A stretch of 52,120 nt of DNA from Candidatus Shapirobacteria bacterium (GCA_016188545.1 JACPHO010000003.1:1-52120); one strand, 5' to 3'. Counted from the first letter of the stretch, positions 25,770 to 37,560 are shown. Made by a program: numbers and translations. Notes: generated from the letters alone by a model not told the origin.

Positions 25770-27014
25770 ATGACACACGATATAAAACCTAACAAAGAAA
25801 CGGTTCAACCCCAGTCTGCCTATTCAACTCTCACCGGCAAACCAGCCACCGATTATCTTAAACAAATCGGCGCCGAACACCGAGGTGTCACCACTGTCCA
25901 TATTATCTATGGCAAGCCTACTAACGACGTGCCAGTTGAAATTCGCAAGTTTGTTCCCCCAGATCTACCCCAACTGCTCCAATATGCCCAGGAAAAGTTT
26001 TTTGAAGGTGAGTTTGGATTTTGGTATCTCCAAAGCACAGCCAAACAGTTTGACAACAACAATCATCGTCCAGACAGTCAAATCACTTCCGACAATCTAG
26101 CTAATATGTTTACTGCTAATACTACTTTGGTTACTGAACGTGGAGATAAAAGCTGCGGTATAGCCTGGCAAAATGATCAGACAAAAAATTCTGTTACCAG
26201 TGGCCGAATGTATATCGATATGTTCATAACCGGTGTCAACACCCTTCTTACAAGTGGAGTCATTAATAAAGAACAAAGACAGGAAATAATTCAGCAAAAA
26301 ATCAATACCCTAAAGGCCAAACCCGAATCAATCTTTAACTTTAGATTCGAAGGCTCCTTGCCAATTGATCAACTCATCGTTGTCGACCCTCAACCAGAAT
26401 ATCTCCCCACCCTTCTGCAACTAATAACTCAATGGGATCATGCTCAGACCGAAGCAGTTCAGCAAATTGCCACCACTAACAATTCTAAAACCAGAATTAC
26501 CGGTCTCTTGCCCAACGGCACCCCTGGACCTATCTTAGATGCTGCCACTCTAACCGCCGAAACAAGAAAAGACGATGTCGACAAACTCATCCAATGGTCC
26601 AAAGAAATACCTCTCGACCAGGTTTTTGAAACAGTCTACAGATACAATAGTGTTCCTACTCAGATCAGAACCCAATTAGATGAACTAATAAATGCCAAAC
26701 GTTCTCTAACCTCATTTAGAGGCGAAAGTATGGTTTATGGCTATATCACACCCACCAGTCAAGCTGAAATGAAAGTTCTGCTCCAACTACTAAAGCTTGA
26801 TTCCTTTGACATATTTTCCGCCTCCCCTTCAGAAAGGATAATTTTAGAACAAAGATTATCTGCTTGGACCGAAGCTACTCACCCCGACAAGCGTGTTCAT
26901 GTCCGGGAATACCAACCGATACTTGCACAAGAAAAAGGACAACACGCTTTCGATCAACTCCAAGCACTATCCAGCTATCTTTTATCATTTTCTCGGCAAG
27001 CTGGCAAAGAATAA
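25770..27014 (+). CDS. Hypothetical soluble protein (414 aa), no recognisable motif
   Basis: Long ORF with gene-like first-position G bias. No TM or signal peptide. Confidence 0.7.
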   Translation: MTHDIKPNKETVQPQSAYSTLTGKPATDYLKQIGAEHRGVTTVHIIYGKPTNDVPVEIRKFVPPDLPQLLQYAQEKFFEGEFGFWYLQSTAKQFDNNNHRPDSQITSDNLANMFTANTTLVTERGDKSCGIAWQNDQTKNSVTSGRMYIDMFITGVNTLLTSGVINKEQRQEIIQQKINTLKAKPESIFNFRFEGSLPIDQLIVVDPQPEYLPTLLQLITQWDHAQTEAVQQIATTNNSKTRITGLLPNGTPGPILDAATLTAETRKDDVDKLIQWSKEIPLDQVFETVYRYNSVPTQIRTQLDELINAKRSLTSFRGESMVYGYITPTSQAEMKVLLQLLKLDSFDIFSASPSERIILEQRLSAWTEATHPDKRVHVREYQPILAQEKGQHAFDQLQALSSYLLSFSRQAGKE

Positions 27015-27062
27015 ATATTAATATAGTCGACCATTATAAGATAATAAACCTAGTTAACAATC

Positions 27063-28010
27063 ATGAATAATATGACCAACAAAAACCTCTACCCGCAAGA
27101 AACATCTCCTGAAATGACCTTTGCTCTCTTCAGCCAAGATCTAAAATCGCAATCACTTCGAGCCTTCAACGATAAGGCCTATGATTTTTTTCACACCGCT
27201 GTTGAGCATAGATTTATGCTCACCGATCCCGAAAAAATTAGGGCTGGTATCAACAACCTGGTTGATATTGCCAATAAAGATCCCGAGTCTCCGCTCAAGT
27301 TCGATATCTATAACGCTCTCGCCGAATATTATGCCGAGCATGTCGAAAACAACGATTCAGTTGACTTTAAAGTGCAATACCACCTCTACTCTATACTTGG
27401 CCCCGAACCATTCGTCAATAATAGTGGGGTTCCCCTACTAAATGGCCAGCTTATGAACTGCACCAATTTCGACTTTATCCTCGATATGCGTCGCGAAAAA
27501 ATCAAGCAATTAACTCAAGAGAAACCTGTCGAGCGTTCTCCAAAAAAGATATCCCAGAAAAAATTTGAAACTATAACCAACCTGATTGGTCATCCACCAG
27601 AATTTGATGATTCTGATGCCAAATTTACACCTCAAGATATCCGTCATGTTGCCAAAGAAGCTGCCAAAAGATATGGCATAACTGACTCCACTGAATTCGA
27701 TATCTGTCCTCAACACTATGTAGATTCCGCTGTCCGTGCCGCCTGCGAAGACACCTACCGATTTGCCTACGACAATATTACTTGGGCAGACGAAGGCGCC
27801 CTCCTAGCCGTCGCCGAAATTCAATTAATGGCCCTAAGTCAAGATGGACTTGCTCTAGATGTCAAACTCGGCGCTATGAATAATCTAGTCACTCTCTTCA
27901 AGAGTAAATACAACGACAACATTTCTGAAATCATTTTTAAACCACCGCTGCCTACCTCAAATCCAATGATTGCCCAACAGGAATTAAAAAAGAGTATAGT
28001 TGGATTATAG
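27063..28010 (+). CDS. Hypothetical soluble protein (315 aa), no recognisable motif
   Basis: Long ORF, same strand, 48 nt after the previous gene. Preceded by the partial promoter-like repeat. Confidence 0.7.
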   Translation: MNNMTNKNLYPQETSPEMTFALFSQDLKSQSLRAFNDKAYDFFHTAVEHRFMLTDPEKIRAGINNLVDIANKDPESPLKFDIYNALAEYYAEHVENNDSVDFKVQYHLYSILGPEPFVNNSGVPLLNGQLMNCTNFDFILDMRREKIKQLTQEKPVERSPKKISQKKFETITNLIGHPPEFDDSDAKFTPQDIRHVAKEAAKRYGITDSTEFDICPQHYVDSAVRAACEDTYRFAYDNITWADEGALLAVAEIQLMALSQDGLALDVKLGAMNNLVTLFKSKYNDNISEIIFKPPLPTSNPMIAQQELKKSIVGL

Positions 28011-28026
28011 AAAATCACTAATTTAT

Positions 28027-29601
28027 ATGACAATTCAAAAAGTCGAACCAACCATTGAGCTATCCGTTGAAGCTGCTCGATCAATTTTGGCCAAATCGGT
28101 CGAAGACTTAACTAGAGAAACTCTGGCTAAGGCCAAAACATTAGAGGTCGAGAAAAGACAAGGTGTCGAAGACTATCGAACCTATGTTGTTGATTGTTAC
28201 AAAAATGATCAAGACGCTATTCACCACTTTGAAGCCGAAAACATCTGGATAAATGGTAGTTTAAACTTTATCGAACCCGAATCTAGATTCAAACACACCC
28301 CTTCATCGATCCAAATCGAAGATGAAATCGCCATTAATGAGGCAAAGCGAATCCAAGGTACTATTGATTCTTTAAGTCAAGTCGTTGCCAAAAGAATTGG
28401 TGTCTTTCAGGAAGCATTAGATGAAAAAGATTATCTGACCGCCTATGCCCAATTCCGGGCTATGGGTACCTTAATCCAAGAAGATCCAGAATTGCAACAG
28501 ATGTTAGAAACCACCATTGCCAGAGACTTAGTCAAAAATCCAGTTGAAATCCTCGACAAAATTAGCGCCACCGATCCCCGCTGGCCACCGCTCTCATCAC
28601 CCGCCGAAGGCATGCTAAGTTTTACCGGCCATCTAGCTTTCCGACCCGAAATAGACTCAACTTCCGCCAACCGACTCGGCCAAATGGGCATTATCGTTGA
28701 AGGTCAAAAACAGCAACAAGAGGTCGAAATCAAAGACAGCTTAAGTATGTCCGGTCTACTCTTAAGAAAAGGCACCGAAATATCTCAAACTGTTCCTGGA
28801 ATTGATGATAATAGCCGCCGGCTAATCCGCAATCGCTTTTCCGAGCGGATCCAAGACAGCTTACCTGAAGTCGGTCACCCGCTAAACTGTGTCGGTCTAG
28901 CTTTATCACGATTAATGACTTCAAATGATTGGCAGTTGATTCCGGAGGCTGCCCAAGAACAGTTAAAGTTGGAGCTTATTGGTGTAATTATTGATCGGAC
29001 CGAAACTTTTATTGACAAAAAGGAGACCGACCTGTCTCCCCTTATCGAAATGATTACTCCATTACTTGGCACTGCGATGCCCGAACCATCAAACGGTCAA
29101 GATTTAACTCATTTGTCTGGTGGTCTTTTAGCTACTACTATTACCAAACTTTCCGAAACCAATCCCCAAATAATCAAAGCCATTACCGAAATTATTGATC
29201 AAAAAAGCCAAAAAACAAAACCTGTCCCACCCACTGCCGAAACCATATTTGAAACAATTCCTGAAACCAAAGAGTCAGTTATAATAACAGCTAAGTCAAT
29301 CGATTCAACAGTCGACCAGCTTGATCAAGTTAAATCTGTTCCTGGGATAAAAGATTTAAACGACATTCTCAAAAGAGATTCTAAAAATATTGTTGCCAAT
29401 CAAGTTCGTACTTTATACTGGGATACTTGGAGAACTATCAAAATATCACATGGCATACTCGGTCTCGGAAAAGAATCCATCAATCGTCAAAAAGAAACTA
29501 ATAGGATCTATGCTTTAATTGGTCGACTACCTGAAGAACCAGAATCAGAAATCAAAAAAATTGCCCTCAAAATGGTGATTCACGACATCTCCCACTATTG
29601 A
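28027..29601 (+). CDS. Hypothetical soluble protein (about 524 aa), no recognisable motif
   Basis: The ORF is open from 28000 (TTG). ATG 28027 (MTIQKVEPT) is preferred because it avoids overlap with the upstream stop at 28010. Confidence 0.7.
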   Translation: MTIQKVEPTIELSVEAARSILAKSVEDLTRETLAKAKTLEVEKRQGVEDYRTYVVDCYKNDQDAIHHFEAENIWINGSLNFIEPESRFKHTPSSIQIEDEIAINEAKRIQGTIDSLSQVVAKRIGVFQEALDEKDYLTAYAQFRAMGTLIQEDPELQQMLETTIARDLVKNPVEILDKISATDPRWPPLSSPAEGMLSFTGHLAFRPEIDSTSANRLGQMGIIVEGQKQQQEVEIKDSLSMSGLLLRKGTEISQTVPGIDDNSRRLIRNRFSERIQDSLPEVGHPLNCVGLALSRLMTSNDWQLIPEAAQEQLKLELIGVIIDRTETFIDKKETDLSPLIEMITPLLGTAMPEPSNGQDLTHLSGGLLATTITKLSETNPQIIKAITEIIDQKSQKTKPVPPTAETIFETIPETKESVIITAKSIDSTVDQLDQVKSVPGIKDLNDILKRDSKNIVANQVRTLYWDTWRTIKISHGILGLGKESINRQKETNRIYALIGRLPEEPESEIKKIALKMVIHDISHY

Positions 29602-29637
29602 CTCTTTCCCCGAATGGTTCTATCTTTAATTATCTAA

Positions 29638-31122
29638 ATGAAACATCGCGTCTTAACTAGTTTTGTAATTATCTTTACATTTTGCCTAACTTTAGGAATA
29701 CTTAGACCCAAAAAAACCGCTTCCGTTCCCCCATCTTCAGTCAAAAACACTCTTTCTAGCTCCCAACTATCATATTTTTCCAGAATTAGTGCTCCCATCA
29801 CCACCGGCGATTCAATCATTAGAGTCGGTGGTACCGGACTTCCCAGCAATACCACCAATAACCTTTTCATCGGTGATACTATTGGCATTGGCACGACAGG
29901 TGCTGGCGTCGGCAATACAGGTGGCTTAACTCTTTATACCGTCCAAGACATAGGTAACACTCAAACCATCGAAATAAACTCCGGCATTGGTCAAAGCAAT
30001 GCTTTTATCAACGCTGCCATTGTCGCCACCCGCTCCGCCATTCACACTATTAGTTTTACTCCTCAATCAAATTTCACCGGCGGTTTTTGGCAATTCTTAA
30101 TCAAAGCTAGCACCAGCACCGGCGAAATTCATAATGATGGTATACCAGATCAAAACGGCTTTGATCTAGGATCTACGACTCCTTCTTCAACTGCCAACGG
30201 AGTTGGTACTCGACTAAAAATAACTGACGTTACTTGTCCCAACTGGGGTGTTGGTGTGACGACTGCCTATAGTGTTGGCACTACTGCAGTCGTCAACAGC
30301 AATACCTATCATGTTGTTTCTTGTTATCTTGGTGTTGGTGGTACCAATCAAGTTGGCGTCGGCTATTCAATGGCTATCGGTGCCGATCTCGCTTCAGGTA
30401 GTCAATTAATCAACCCTTCTCCAAATCATATTATTGCCAACGAAGGTAATGCTGATGTCTACACTTTTTTCATTCGCCATTTAGACAGTACCGCATCTGT
30501 CATTGATTCTGATACGGCCCAAGGTAAAATTGCCATGGTCGAAGCAGTTCGGGTAACAGCTACGATTGATCCAACACTCACTTTTATAATTGATGCTACC
30601 GGAGTCGGAGTTGGAGCAACCCCCTGTGGTTTATCTGCTTTTGGAACCAACGCCAGCAATACTACAGCTACTGCGGTTACCTACGGATCATTAGTTCTTG
30701 CTTCGCCTAATGATCTAGCCCAAAGACTTTCCTGTGTTACTAATGCTAATAGTGGCTATGTAGTCACTGTCTACGAAGATGGACCAATGCAAAATATCGC
30801 CGATGGTACCACTCTTCCCGATACTGATTGTAACGGTGGTGGTTGTACCACCACCACTCCTGCAGCCTGGAGTACTTATACCGCCTCTGGTTGGGGTTAT
30901 GCCATTCAAAATCTTAATATTGGTGTGACTGTTACTGACTATCAAACTGGTTATCGACCATTTGGTAACGGTACAGCAAACGCCAAAGAAATTATAAAGA
31001 ACACCACCACTCCTTCAGCCACTGAAAGAGCCTATGTCTGCTATCGGGCTACTGCATCCACCACTCAAAAAGCTGGTAATTATGAAAGTAAGTTAGTTTA
31101 TACTGCTACCGCTACGTTCTAA
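29638..31122 (+). CDS. Secreted beta-rich surface protein, WxL/SCPU-like (large paralog)
   Basis: Signal/anchor helix. G/T/S/N-rich. The C-terminal roughly 200 aa is colinear with ORF 20014 (TLTFIIDATGVGVG.. / LSFVIDNLDISLG..; ..SGYVVTVYEDGPM.. / ..HGYQILTQYNHPL..; ends TQKAGNYESKLVYTATATF). Confidence 0.7.
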   Translation: MKHRVLTSFVIIFTFCLTLGILRPKKTASVPPSSVKNTLSSSQLSYFSRISAPITTGDSIIRVGGTGLPSNTTNNLFIGDTIGIGTTGAGVGNTGGLTLYTVQDIGNTQTIEINSGIGQSNAFINAAIVATRSAIHTISFTPQSNFTGGFWQFLIKASTSTGEIHNDGIPDQNGFDLGSTTPSSTANGVGTRLKITDVTCPNWGVGVTTAYSVGTTAVVNSNTYHVVSCYLGVGGTNQVGVGYSMAIGADLASGSQLINPSPNHIIANEGNADVYTFFIRHLDSTASVIDSDTAQGKIAMVEAVRVTATIDPTLTFIIDATGVGVGATPCGLSAFGTNASNTTATAVTYGSLVLASPNDLAQRLSCVTNANSGYVVTVYEDGPMQNIADGTTLPDTDCNGGGCTTTTPAAWSTYTASGWGYAIQNLNIGVTVTDYQTGYRPFGNGTANAKEIIKNTTTPSATERAYVCYRATASTTQKAGNYESKLVYTATATF

Positions 31123-31130
31123 CCAAAAAC

Positions 31131-31165
31131 CGATTTATGATTTATGAAATACGATTTATGAATAA
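31131..31165. repeat. Heptamer array cgattta/tgattta/tgaaata/cgattta/tgaataa spanning the start of ORF 31158
   Basis: Five 7-nt units of the same family and orientation as 19994-20021. Confidence 0.85.
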
Positions 31166-32153
31166 AAAAACAAAAACACTCTTTTTCATCCTATTCATAA
31201 ATCTTATATCATATTTCGTAATTCCGGCGCTTCCAGCGCGAGCGCAGTCAGCTACCGGCCTTAGTGCCATCCCCCCTCGGCTTGAAGTTACTATCAAACC
31301 TGGCGAAACAATCACCAAAGAATTAAAAATTCGTAACGAGTCAAAAATCGAAAGAATTATCACTACTACTAGTAAAGACTTTATTGTCACTGACAGTGAA
31401 GGTACTCCTCTCCAACTCGACAATCTCGACGAAAGCAGCAATCGTTGGGCCGCCTCCTCTTGGATTCATCTTTCTCCCAGTAATTTCAAACTAAAACCAG
31501 GTGAAACCCGCTCTATCATGATTACCATTATTGCTCCAGACGATGCTCTCTCCGGTGGTCACTATTCTATGATTCTTCATAGTCCCAAAAACGAATCTGT
31601 TCTTACTGAAACCGGTTCCTTCATCGAAACCAATGTCGGCACACTTGTTTACATTACAGTTCCTGGCAATATTAAGGAAGATGCCCGCGTCACCGAATTT
31701 GTCGCTCCTGGATTTTCTGAATTCGGACCTATTACTTTCAAAACTATAGTTGCCAACCTTTCTGACATTCACGTAACTCCAGCCGGAAGTATAGCTATTA
31801 AAAACTGGCTCGGTGGTAAAACCGCTGACCTCCCCCTAAACCTTACTAACATTTTCCCCAATACTGCTCGTGAATTTGAAAACACCCTCAATCACAAATG
31901 GCTCTTCGGCCGTTACACAGCTACCCTAAATGCTGGTTATGGTACTACCGGCCAAGCTATTTCAGCTACTCTTTTCTTCTGGGTAATTCCTTGGAGACTA
32001 ATCGCTCTCATTATCATTGCCCTAATACTTGCCTACGTCATCTACACTCTTATTAGACGTCAGCAATCCACTCCATCCAACGAGGATGATGGTCAGGTTG
32101 AAGAACTGGAGAAAGAACTAGAAGCCCTTAAGAAGAAATATAAGGATCACTAG
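31158..32153 (+). CDS. Ig-like/PapD- or DUF916-like surface protein with C-terminal TM anchor (large paralog)
   Basis: Signal peptide (..ALPARA-QS). LSAIPPRLEVTIKPGETITKELKIRNES .. FKLKPGETRSIMITIIAPDDALSGGHY. C-terminal TM plus charged tail. ATG 31158 is preferred to 31137. Confidence 0.7.
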   Translation: MNKKTKTLFFILFINLISYFVIPALPARAQSATGLSAIPPRLEVTIKPGETITKELKIRNESKIERIITTTSKDFIVTDSEGTPLQLDNLDESSNRWAASSWIHLSPSNFKLKPGETRSIMITIIAPDDALSGGHYSMILHSPKNESVLTETGSFIETNVGTLVYITVPGNIKEDARVTEFVAPGFSEFGPITFKTIVANLSDIHVTPAGSIAIKNWLGGKTADLPLNLTNIFPNTAREFENTLNHKWLFGRYTATLNAGYGTTGQAISATLFFWVIPWRLIALIIIALILAYVIYTLIRRQQSTPSNEDDGQVEELEKELEALKKKYKDH

Positions 32154-32154
32154 C

Positions 32155-32978
<824 letters not shown>

Positions 32979-32991
<13 letters not shown>

Positions 32992-33013
32992 ATCCTGTTC
33001 CATAAATCGTATA
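32979..33013. repeat. Heptamer array tcataaa/tcataaa/tcctgtt/ccataaa/tcgtata (reverse orientation of the tgattta family)
   Basis: Covers the stop of ORF 32155 and the spacer before ORF 33021. Confidence 0.8.
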
Positions 33014-33020
33014 ATTGATT

Positions 33021-33428
33021 ATGTACCGTCCGATTATTATCATTATCTTTTTACTCCTCACTTTACTCGCTTCTTTGGTGTTGGTTTTTCGGACTACTAT
33101 TTTCTTAGGTCGAGCCACTGGTAGTAGTAGCTCAGTTGCTTACGGGAATTCCTATCTATTTTCATCACCATTGCAAGCCAAAGCAGATGGCAAAGAGCAA
33201 ATCCGTGTCACTGTTTATCTACTCGACGGTCGTGGCTTAGGTGTCCCCAATCAAACAGTTGGCTTATCTTCCTCACCAAAAGTTACCATCACCTCAATTC
33301 AAACCACCACTGATGATACAGGCAAAGCTGTTTTTGACCTATCCTCCTCCTCTCCCATCAAGACAATCGTCAGTGCCAGTAACAATCAGCAAATCATCCC
33401 CCAAACTGTCAAGATAGTCTTCTATTAG
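33021..33428 (+). CDS. Small TM-anchored bacterial Ig-like (Big_1/invasin-type) domain protein
   Basis: N-terminal TM, then QIRVTVYLLDGRGLGVPNQTVGLSSSP..TTTDDTGKAVFDLSSSS. ATG 33021 is preferred to TTG 33015. Confidence 0.65.
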   Translation: MYRPIIIIIFLLLTLLASLVLVFRTTIFLGRATGSSSSVAYGNSYLFSSPLQAKADGKEQIRVTVYLLDGRGLGVPNQTVGLSSSPKVTITSIQTTTDDTGKAVFDLSSSSPIKTIVSASNNQQIIPQTVKIVFY

Positions 33429-33441
33429 ACTATAATTAATT

Positions 33442-36400
33442 GTGGAAAAGTATTCATACAAGACACTATTAACCATTGTTGTTTTCTTATTAATTGGTAT
33501 TGTTTCACTTCTTCGACTTCAACAAAAACCATCGTTAGTCTCAGCCCAGTGGTGGAGTGATTCATGGAACTATCGCCAGTCAATCAACATTACTTCCCAT
33601 AGTTCCACTGAAACAAATGTCTATATTATTGCCACTATCAATGTTGGTAACACCACCAAAGCCCAATCAGACGATGGTGATTTTAGATTTATAGATAACA
33701 GCGGCAACCTGCTTGATTATTATATTTCTGCCAATACTGGTACCACCGCTCCTACCTTCCACATCCAAATCCCAACTTTTTCCTCTGGGGCTCAGACCAT
33801 CTATGCTTACTATGGCAACGCTACTGCCACTAATGGATTTCAAAACAGTGATTTTTCTACCCAAGCCACCAGTTATACTATCGGATCTTACGGTACCGAA
33901 GAAAAAGGTGGTGGGCCTGTCGCCTATTGGAAATTTAATGAAGGAGTTGGGACCACAATTTACGACTCCTCGGCCAATAATAAGTTCGGCGTTTTTGGAT
34001 CGGGCACCTCCGCTCCCAATTGGATATCAGATAAACAATGTATCTCCGACAAATGCATATCATTTGATGGCTCAAATGACAAACTAACTATTGGCTCAAC
34101 CATTGGCAGTATCTACTCTGTTTCTTTTTGGATTTGGACCGGAAATACTGCCCCGGCAATTATTGATTTTGACGGGGGCACTCACTATATCTCTGGATCA
34201 GGTGGCACCTTTTCTGCTACAGGTTTCAGTTCACCAACTATCTATGTTAATGGCCAAACATCAACTAGTTTTTCCACCAATCAATGGTCTCTAGTCACCG
34301 TCTCTACTGGTACTTCATTTAGTGGTACGGCCATCAATATGGGAAAAATATCAACCAATTTTTTCTCTGGTCGTCTAGATGATTTCAAAATCTATAACTA
34401 CACCTTATCCGCCACTCAAGTCAAGCAACAACTCACTTCTGTTGGCAGTGGTCTATCGGCTACCAACCTTGGACCATCAATCTCCCTAACCAATGGACTA
34501 TTAGGTTGGTGGAAAATGGATGAAAATGTCGGTACTACTTCCGTTGATTCAATCGGCACTACTAATTTGATTACTTTTGGTTCCGGAACCTCAGCCCCCA
34601 GTTGGTCTCCAGGAAAATATGGGGTTGGTATCAGCTTCGATGGCTCAAATGACAAAGCCACTCTTTTTTCTTCGGTCAGCAACCTTCAGACTGTTTCTTT
34701 CTGGTTTTATCCCACCTCAACTTCTCCTGCTGTTATCGACTTTGATGGAGGCACTCACTATATTTCAGGTTCCAGTGGAACACTAACTGCCACTGGCTTT
34801 GTTGATCCACTAATCTATATCAATGGACTATTAACTAGTTCATTTTCTATCAACACCTGGTCACATGTCACCATCGTTACCAACACCCCATTCACTGCCA
34901 CCGCGGTTACTCTTGGTAAAGTATCAACCAATTTTTTCCCAGGAATCATTGATGAATTTAGACTTTACAATCGCTCATTTTCTCCCTCAGAAATCAACCA
35001 ACTAAGTCAATGGGCACCAAGTCCAGTGGCTTATTGGAATTTTGAGGAAATCAGTGGATCAACAGCCTTCGATACTTCAGGGAATTCCAATAATGGTACC
35101 ATTACCGCCGGTAACGGCCAATATCTACCTGGTAAATTTGGTGGTGGTTATAACTTTGATGGAGCTACTAGTCAAATAAATGCCGCCAGCGACACAGTTC
35201 TTGACAACTTACCCACCACAGCTGGCATCAGTCTTTCAACTTGGATTAACCCCAAAAATGAAGGTGAAAATAATGCCGGATTTATTGTTGCCAAAAATGT
35301 TGGTACTGCTGCCAACTCCGGTTGGATTCTCCAACTTACTCCAACAAATGCTATTAATTTTACCGTTGATGGTTCCACCGATCTTGTCCGTACCACCGCC
35401 AACAATATTATCTCTCCCTCATCATGGAATCACATTGAACTAACTTGGGATGGAATCATTACTACTGCCTCTACAGTCAAAATTTATGTTAATGGAATTG
35501 AGGTTGGTTACTCCACCACTACCAACGGTGCTTCTCGTGTCAGTGATACTTCTTCAAATCTATACATTGGCAATGACAGCACCCAAGCCAGAACTTTCAA
35601 TGGCATTATTGATGATCTAAAAATTTACAATTATGTCCGTACTCCATCTCAAATAATCGAGGACATGTATGCTGGCTACCAACTATCTTCAAACAACCCT
35701 GTTGTCTACTACAAATTCGACGAAGGTTACGGCACAACTACCCGCAATTCCAGTTCCATTGGCTCAACTTTCAATGGCTCTTTAGCCACTGGCAACTCAT
35801 CTCCAACCTGGTCAAATTTTGGTCAATATGGTCGGGCTCTCAGTTTTGATGGTACCAACGACTACCTCTCAGTCGGTAATACCACTTCCATCTATTCAGT
35901 CTCACTTTGGTATTTTACAAGTACGTCTGCCCCTTCGTTTTTTGACTTTAGTACTACCTCCAACATTGGCTCTACTGGTTCTATTTTCTATAGTACCGGA
36001 ATCACCACTCCCACTTACTATGTTGACGGTCTTGCCACGTCCAATATTGGCACTACCAACACCTGGCATCACTTCACTCTTATTACCACCTCGCCAATCA
36101 CTGCCAATTCATTAAAAATCGGCAAGTCAGGAACTCGCTATCATTCCGGATTACTTGATGAAGTTAAGGTTTACAGCTATCCCTTAACTTCACATGAAGT
36201 ATTGGTCGATTTTAATCAAAGTTCTAATATTATTTTTGGATCTCTAGGTAACCAAGTTGGTAACACATCCCCCAACAACTCTTCCTCTCAACAATACTGT
36301 ATTCCTGGTGATACATCCATCTGTAGTCCACCAATTGGCGAGTGGTTATTCGAACAAAATACTGGTACCACTGCTTATGACTCCTCTGGTAACAACTATC

Positions 36401-37560
36401 ACGCTGTTTTCGCTTCTGGTTCTTCAGCTCCCGATTGGATTAGTGGCAAAATCGGTAGTGGTCTCAACTTCAATGGTGTCACTGACTATACCGACACCGG
36501 CGACGTTTTTTATTCAGACATCCTCACCATTGAAGCCTGGGTTAATATTCACTCAGTAAACGGATCAGTTTATAAGTCAATAATTGAAAAGCGAAACAGC
36601 TCAGGAGTCACCGCCGGCAGCAATGAGTTTGAAATAGTTATCCGTCCCAACCGCCAAATCGAGTGGGGTACTTGGGACAGTGGTGGTGCTGGTATAACCA
36701 ACACTCGAAGCACCACCACCCTAAATTTAAATCAATGGTACCATGTTGCCATTACACATTCCGGTATTGGTGGTACTGCTTTTGTCTATGTTAATGGAAT
36801 CAAAGAATCAGCCGAGGGTATTGACGCTACCATTCGAGATGGTACTTCTCATCTCCAATTTAGTCCCCGTCACGCCAGTGATAATAATCGCTTTTATGAT
36901 GGTCTACTTGACGACGTTCGGATATTTGACTATGTTCGGACACCTGCTCAAATTGCTTATGACTACAATCATGGCGCTCCCATAGCTTGGTACAAATTTG
37001 ACGAATGTCAAGGTAATGTTGCCAACAACTCCGCCAATATCGGCTATAGTGGCACCATAACCATTGGTGCTTCTGGAACCCAAAATTCATTGGGAACCTG
37101 TTCACTTGGAACTTCCGCTACCTGGACTAATGGAGCTAGTGGAAATATCAACTCATCTTTAAATTTTGATGGCACTGACGATGTCGTCACTATTGGCGGA
37201 ACTATTCCGCAAGTAAATACAGTCTCCTTCTGGGCCAAACCAAGCTCTTCGACCACCAACATCCTCCAATTAAACAGTTCCACCAACATTACTGCCACCG
37301 CTGGCACCCTTTCCGCCTCTGGGTTTACCAACCCATCATTTTATATCAACGGAATTGGGTCATCAGCCATTATTGCCAACACCTGGCAACAGATTACCAT
37401 CTCGACTGGCACTACCATCAATGCCAATCAAATCAAAATTGGTCTTGTCAATTCAAGTTATTATTCTGGACAGCTAGACGATGTTCGTATTTACAATTAT
37501 CCCTTAACTACCACCCAAATTAAAACTATTTATAACCTAAATTCAGTTAATTTCAAATAA
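33442..37560 (+). CDS. Giant surface protein (1372 aa): DUF2341-like N-domain + six LamG/concanavalin-like lectin modules
   Basis: N-terminal TM. WWSDSWNYRQSINI..DGDFRFID..IYAYYGN is DUF2341-like. Six repeats of W.F.E..GTT..DSS.N...G.......P.W...K.G..L.FDG..D ... DD.RIYN. GTG start. Confidence 0.85.
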   Translation: MEKYSYKTLLTIVVFLLIGIVSLLRLQQKPSLVSAQWWSDSWNYRQSINITSHSSTETNVYIIATINVGNTTKAQSDDGDFRFIDNSGNLLDYYISANTGTTAPTFHIQIPTFSSGAQTIYAYYGNATATNGFQNSDFSTQATSYTIGSYGTEEKGGGPVAYWKFNEGVGTTIYDSSANNKFGVFGSGTSAPNWISDKQCISDKCISFDGSNDKLTIGSTIGSIYSVSFWIWTGNTAPAIIDFDGGTHYISGSGGTFSATGFSSPTIYVNGQTSTSFSTNQWSLVTVSTGTSFSGTAINMGKISTNFFSGRLDDFKIYNYTLSATQVKQQLTSVGSGLSATNLGPSISLTNGLLGWWKMDENVGTTSVDSIGTTNLITFGSGTSAPSWSPGKYGVGISFDGSNDKATLFSSVSNLQTVSFWFYPTSTSPAVIDFDGGTHYISGSSGTLTATGFVDPLIYINGLLTSSFSINTWSHVTIVTNTPFTATAVTLGKVSTNFFPGIIDEFRLYNRSFSPSEINQLSQWAPSPVAYWNFEEISGSTAFDTSGNSNNGTITAGNGQYLPGKFGGGYNFDGATSQINAASDTVLDNLPTTAGISLSTWINPKNEGENNAGFIVAKNVGTAANSGWILQLTPTNAINFTVDGSTDLVRTTANNIISPSSWNHIELTWDGIITTASTVKIYVNGIEVGYSTTTNGASRVSDTSSNLYIGNDSTQARTFNGIIDDLKIYNYVRTPSQIIEDMYAGYQLSSNNPVVYYKFDEGYGTTTRNSSSIGSTFNGSLATGNSSPTWSNFGQYGRALSFDGTNDYLSVGNTTSIYSVSLWYFTSTSAPSFFDFSTTSNIGSTGSIFYSTGITTPTYYVDGLATSNIGTTNTWHHFTLITTSPITANSLKIGKSGTRYHSGLLDEVKVYSYPLTSHEVLVDFNQSSNIIFGSLGNQVGNTSPNNSSSQQYCIPGDTSICSPPIGEWLFEQNTGTTAYDSSGNNYHAVFASGSSAPDWISGKIGSGLNFNGVTDYTDTGDVFYSDILTIEAWVNIHSVNGSVYKSIIEKRNSSGVTAGSNEFEIVIRPNRQIEWGTWDSGGAGITNTRSTTTLNLNQWYHVAITHSGIGGTAFVYVNGIKESAEGIDATIRDGTSHLQFSPRHASDNNRFYDGLLDDVRIFDYVRTPAQIAYDYNHGAPIAWYKFDECQGNVANNSANIGYSGTITIGASGTQNSLGTCSLGTSATWTNGASGNINSSLNFDGTDDVVTIGGTIPQVNTVSFWAKPSSSTTNILQLNSSTNITATAGTLSASGFTNPSFYINGIGSSAIIANTWQQITISTGTTINANQIKIGLVNSSYYSGQLDDVRIYNYPLTTTQIKTIYNLNSVNFK

